Under the pieces are notes generated by a model that worked only from the letters and a program-made list of their open reading frames with translations, had not been told where the DNA came from and searched no databases. Positions 33,668 through 37,272 of a DNA stretch of 37,272 nucleotides are shown here, piece after piece; position 1 is the first letter of the stretch; every line of letters begins with the position of its first letter. Made by a program: the position numbers and the translations under genes. The DNA comes from Fonticula alba ATCC 38817 (taxonomy: Eukaryota > Protista > Nucleariida), in the NCBI GenBank assembly GCA_000388065.2, contig KB932208.1. One strand, written 5' to 3'.

Positions 33668-36600
33668 TCACCCCCCGCCCCGGGGGCGCATGTGCCACCG
33701 AAGCGTCGGACAAAGCCCCCGAAGACGGACCCGGTGGCGGCGGCTGCTGCCGCACGCGCCCAGCAGGCCCTTGCACAGCTCCTCCGCCGGGCCAATGATC
33801 TGGTCACCGCGGCGAACACCCTCCAGCGCGCCGAGCACCTTGCCGGGACATCGGTCGACCGGCCAAACTACTGTGCGTGAAGCCCTCCTCGGATGTCCCG
33901 CCGCTTGGCAAACCTTCCTCTCTCTCTCTCTCTCTCTCTCTCTTCCCCTCTCCTCCCGCCTGCCTGTCTGCCTCTGCCCATGCCTTGCACTCATCGCCCA
34001 CCCGCTCTCGGCCCCCCCCCCCCCCTCCCCCCCCCTCCCGCCCCCCTTCCGACCTTCCCCCGTGGTAGCTTCGAAATCCTGCGGGGCGCGGATTGTGTGG
34101 AAGTCGCACGCGCAGATCCAGCACGCATCGGCCGTGCTGGAGGACGATCCGGAGCGCTACCTCATCGCCCCGTGCACCGGGGACCCGGAGGAGGCTGCCC
34201 CGGCCGAGGGGCCCCTGCGGCGGCTGGCACGTCTCCTGGGCCTGCCGCGACTGGACCAGCCCCCGGCCAAGCGCCTCCCCCCGCCGGGCATCGTCATCGA
34301 GCTGTGCGATGAGGTCCTGCTGGACACGCTGGTTTTCGGGAATCTGGAATTCTTCTCCTCCGTGGCCCAGTTCGTGCGGGTTGAGGCACGCCGCGAGCGG
34401 GCCGGGCCCATTTTGCCGAAGGCTCCCGCTGCGCAGCCCGGCTCGGGGCTCGTGTCGCCGCTGGCCGGCGGGTCCGGCGGCGGCACCGCAGCCGGGACCC
34501 CGGGCTCCGACTCCGATGGCTGGCACACCATTGGTCTCTTTGAGACGGCCAATGTTCGCCACTTGCAGATCATTCCCCTGGTGGCGGGGGATGCCCCGGT
34601 CCAGGACCCGGTCCCGGGGGACGGGGCGCGCCTGGCCCACCTGGAGCCGCCCCCGCCGACCGGCGTCTGGGCTCGGTACTTGCGTCTCACCTTCGAAGGG
34701 TACCACCGGACCTCCTCCCGGCGGCATCCCCTGTGCCCGGTGACCCTGATCAAGGTCCACGGGCTGACCGCCTCCGAGGATTACTACCGCATGCAGCGGG
34801 TGAATGCCGCCCGGCGCCGGTCCAGCCAAGCAACCGCGGCCTTTCAGCGGGCCCTGGGCAGCCAGGACATCCGCGCGCTGCCATGGCAAGTCGAGGGCAC
34901 GGCGCCCGGCGGGGCGGAGATCCTGCCTCCCGGCCGGGCAGGCGCCGAGGCCGCCGCCTCGCCGCGCCGGTCTCCCCTCCGGTCCTTCTTCCAGGCGCAG
35001 CATGTGTGTCTCCCGGAGGAAGAGCCCGAGGGGGCCCCCGGGTGGCATGTGCGCATGGCGCCCGTCGGGCGCAGTGCCAGTGCGGTGGCCCTCTTCGGCC
35101 GGATCCTCCGAGCATTGGTCCTCTTTGTCCGGCAGTGCTGGGTGTCCTTGCGCGAGGCCATCACCCTGGCGACGGCCATCACCACACAGGCGCACCCGTC
35201 GGCCACGCATTCGACGCTGCTGCGCCATGGGGCGCATGCCCCGGGGCCTCATGCCGCCGGGGGGCCGCTTTTGACCCGGGGGCCGGCCGCTCGCACGTCG
35301 CCCGGGCCGCGCACGCGCCCCGAGCCGTCCGGTGACACGCCTCCGGAGGATGAGGCCGATGCTCATGCGCTGGCCCCCCTGGCCCGCTGGGAGCAGCTCC
35401 ACTCGCCGGCCGACCGGGCCTTCCTCTGGCCGGATGACGCGCAATCATACTACGACTATGATGACGACCCGTCGCCCTTCCAGCACCATCCGCACCATCT
35501 CCATCATCCGCATCATCATCCGCATCACCAGCACCAGCACGCGCCCGGCCCATATGTCTCCCACCATGGCCACCAGCAGCTGCACTTCCATCATACCTAC
35601 CCCCCGTACGGCCACCATTCGGCCCATCAGTCGCAGCAGCAGCAGCCGCCGGCGGCGGCGGCGGCGGCCTCGCACTCGCCCGACGTCGCCGCCGACGACC
35701 CGGTCTTTGATGGGTATCCGTTTTCCGGCGATGAGGATGCTGGCTCCCTGCCTGGGGCGGCGATGCCCGATGCCGCCGGCGTTCGGGACCTGCTGGCCGA
35801 GCTGGATCTGCTGGCCGAGCTGGACCTCGCGGTCGCGGAGGACCTTCTCCCGGCCGAGGCAGCCCCGACCCAGGGGCCCGGGGGGTCGGTGCACCGCGAC
35901 CTGTCGGACCGACTGGACCGCCTGCGCGGGCACCTGGCAAAGTCCATCCTGACCATGGAGCTGGCCCTCGGCGGTGTCCACCAACGGCAAGACCTGGCCG
36001 CGCGGGAGACGGCCGCCCTGGCCGAGTCCCTCGGTGCCCAGCTGGAGCATCTTGCCCGGCAGCAGACGGCCCTCCGGTTGATCTTCGACACGAAGACCGC
36101 CTCGGTGGCCCTCGGCCTGGAGCGAGATCTCACCCGGGCCATTGGCCGGGCCTTGGGCCAGGCGCGCTACTGGGTCCTGGCATCGGCGCTGGTGTCGTCC
36201 GTGGCCACGGCCTTTCTCTTTGGCATGGGGGTGCTGTGCGTCGTGGCGGGCCGGCGCCTGGCCGGGCTGGCCCAGGAGCGCGTGTCCCGGCGGGCCGGGG
36301 GCTCCACCGTGGGCACCGGCGCCGGGGCTGCCGCGGCCATTCGCCCGGCGCCGCTGGTGGTCCCTGGTGGGCCGCCGTCGCCCTTGACGCCTCCCGCCTC
36401 GCCGGCGTCCACCTCGCCGCCCTCGCCCTACTGGGCCTCGCCGCGGGCCCGACTCACGACCATTCACACGCCAAGCCGGCGGGGGATATCGTCGTCTGGC
36501 CCTTGGCCGATGTTGGCCCCTGCCGCCGCCGCCGCCGCCGCCGCCACAACGGCCATGGCTCTCGCCAGCGAGTCTGATGATTCGGATTCCGCGTCATTCC

Positions 36601-36803
36601 CCTCCCTTAGATCGGTGGTGACCACCGAGCTGTCACGCGTGCGCCCCGACAAGGCGCCCAGTTTGGCGCCCAGCCCGGCATCCGGCCTCCGCGCAAGCCC
36701 GTCCCCTGACTCGACGGCCGATTTGGGGCTCGCATACTACGCCTCCCCCGCATCCGATGCCACCATCCTGTCCTTGTCCGACATGCGCCGGAATTCCGTG
36801 TAG
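33215..36803 (+). CDS. SLP1: Mid-SUN-domain ER/nuclear-envelope membrane protein, SLP1/SUCO (Osteopotentia)-like, 1130 aa. Exons 33215-33872, 34069-36803
   Basis: Signal peptide (LLTLAGAWLALVLLVMPRPLAG). SUN domain reconstituted across a phase-1 intron: NY|SSKSCGARI..ASAVLEDDPERYLIAPC, IVIELCDEVLLDTLVFGNLEFFSS, WHTIGLF, ARYLRLTFEGYH..CPVTLIKVHG. Coiled coil (LSDRLDRL..LARQQ) and C-terminal TM (YWVLASALVSSVATAFLFGMGVLCVVAG). Confidence 0.88.
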
Positions 36804-37272
36804 CGTGGTCGGTTGCTGGGTGTTCCCCTCCCTGTCCCTCCCTCTTGCCCTCTCGTCCCCGGCGTTTTCCCTTTTTTTTTCTTTTCTTTTTTGCCGGCCC
36901 CGGCCGAGACCCCTCCCCCCAATGCCGCCGCCGTGGACACCCGATATGGGGGGATGGTATGCGCGTGCCATCCCCGCATGCTATCGCCCCTTGTTTCGGT
37001 TGGTGTCCCCGGGGCGGGCGCTCCTTCTCCCCTGTAATATAAGTGCATAGGTAAACACCGAATATCGGATGTATATTGGACACTGCGTGTGGGTCTCCAC
37101 ATGCGTGTTGCTTGTTTGTTGTTGGCTTGGAGTTTGTTTGGGTTTGTTTTTTTGTTGGGCGGGGTGCCGGCCCGTCTCCCATATCCGCCGCGCACGGCGA
37201 GAAAAAAAAAGAGGGGGGGGGAGGAGAGGGGCACAAGGACAGGGCGCGGCAGAGGAACAGTGCCAAAGAGGG

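Overview
Intron-rich, very GC-rich eukaryotic nuclear DNA from a draft assembly with 7 N-gaps. The style (GC-rich codons, (CT)n-filled introns, proteins bloated with G/P/A inserts, a mitochondrial-targeted lipoyl synthase, a fungal-like SDT1) suggests a unicellular opisthokont such as Fonticula alba; this is inference and was not verified. Six protein-coding genes were modelled by hand from splice sites and reading phase: the 3' part of PAN2 (+), a ~2,400-aa P4-ATPase lipid flippase (-), an ASPP-like coiled-coil/ankyrin/SH3 protein (-), an SDT1/PHM8-like HAD nucleotidase (+), lipoyl synthase LIP5/LIAS (-) and an SLP1/SUCO-like mid-SUN protein (+). There is also one tRNA-Glu(CTC). Main points of interest: (1) an ASPP-family protein with SILK and RVxF-like PP1-docking motifs in what may be a lineage without p53; (2) a P4-ATPase with an intact catalytic core whose lipid-headgroup residues are replaced (FYKN->FFIQ, YN->FF, PISL->PLTL, QQ/GA->TL); (3) a nested ABC-B-ABC duplication/triplication of flippase exons with non-homologous junctions, either real or an assembly chimera; (4) +4 C in 22 of 25 splice donors and +4 A in none; (5) an apparent 1-nt frameshift in the last flippase exon and candidate hidden exons of the ASPP-like gene.
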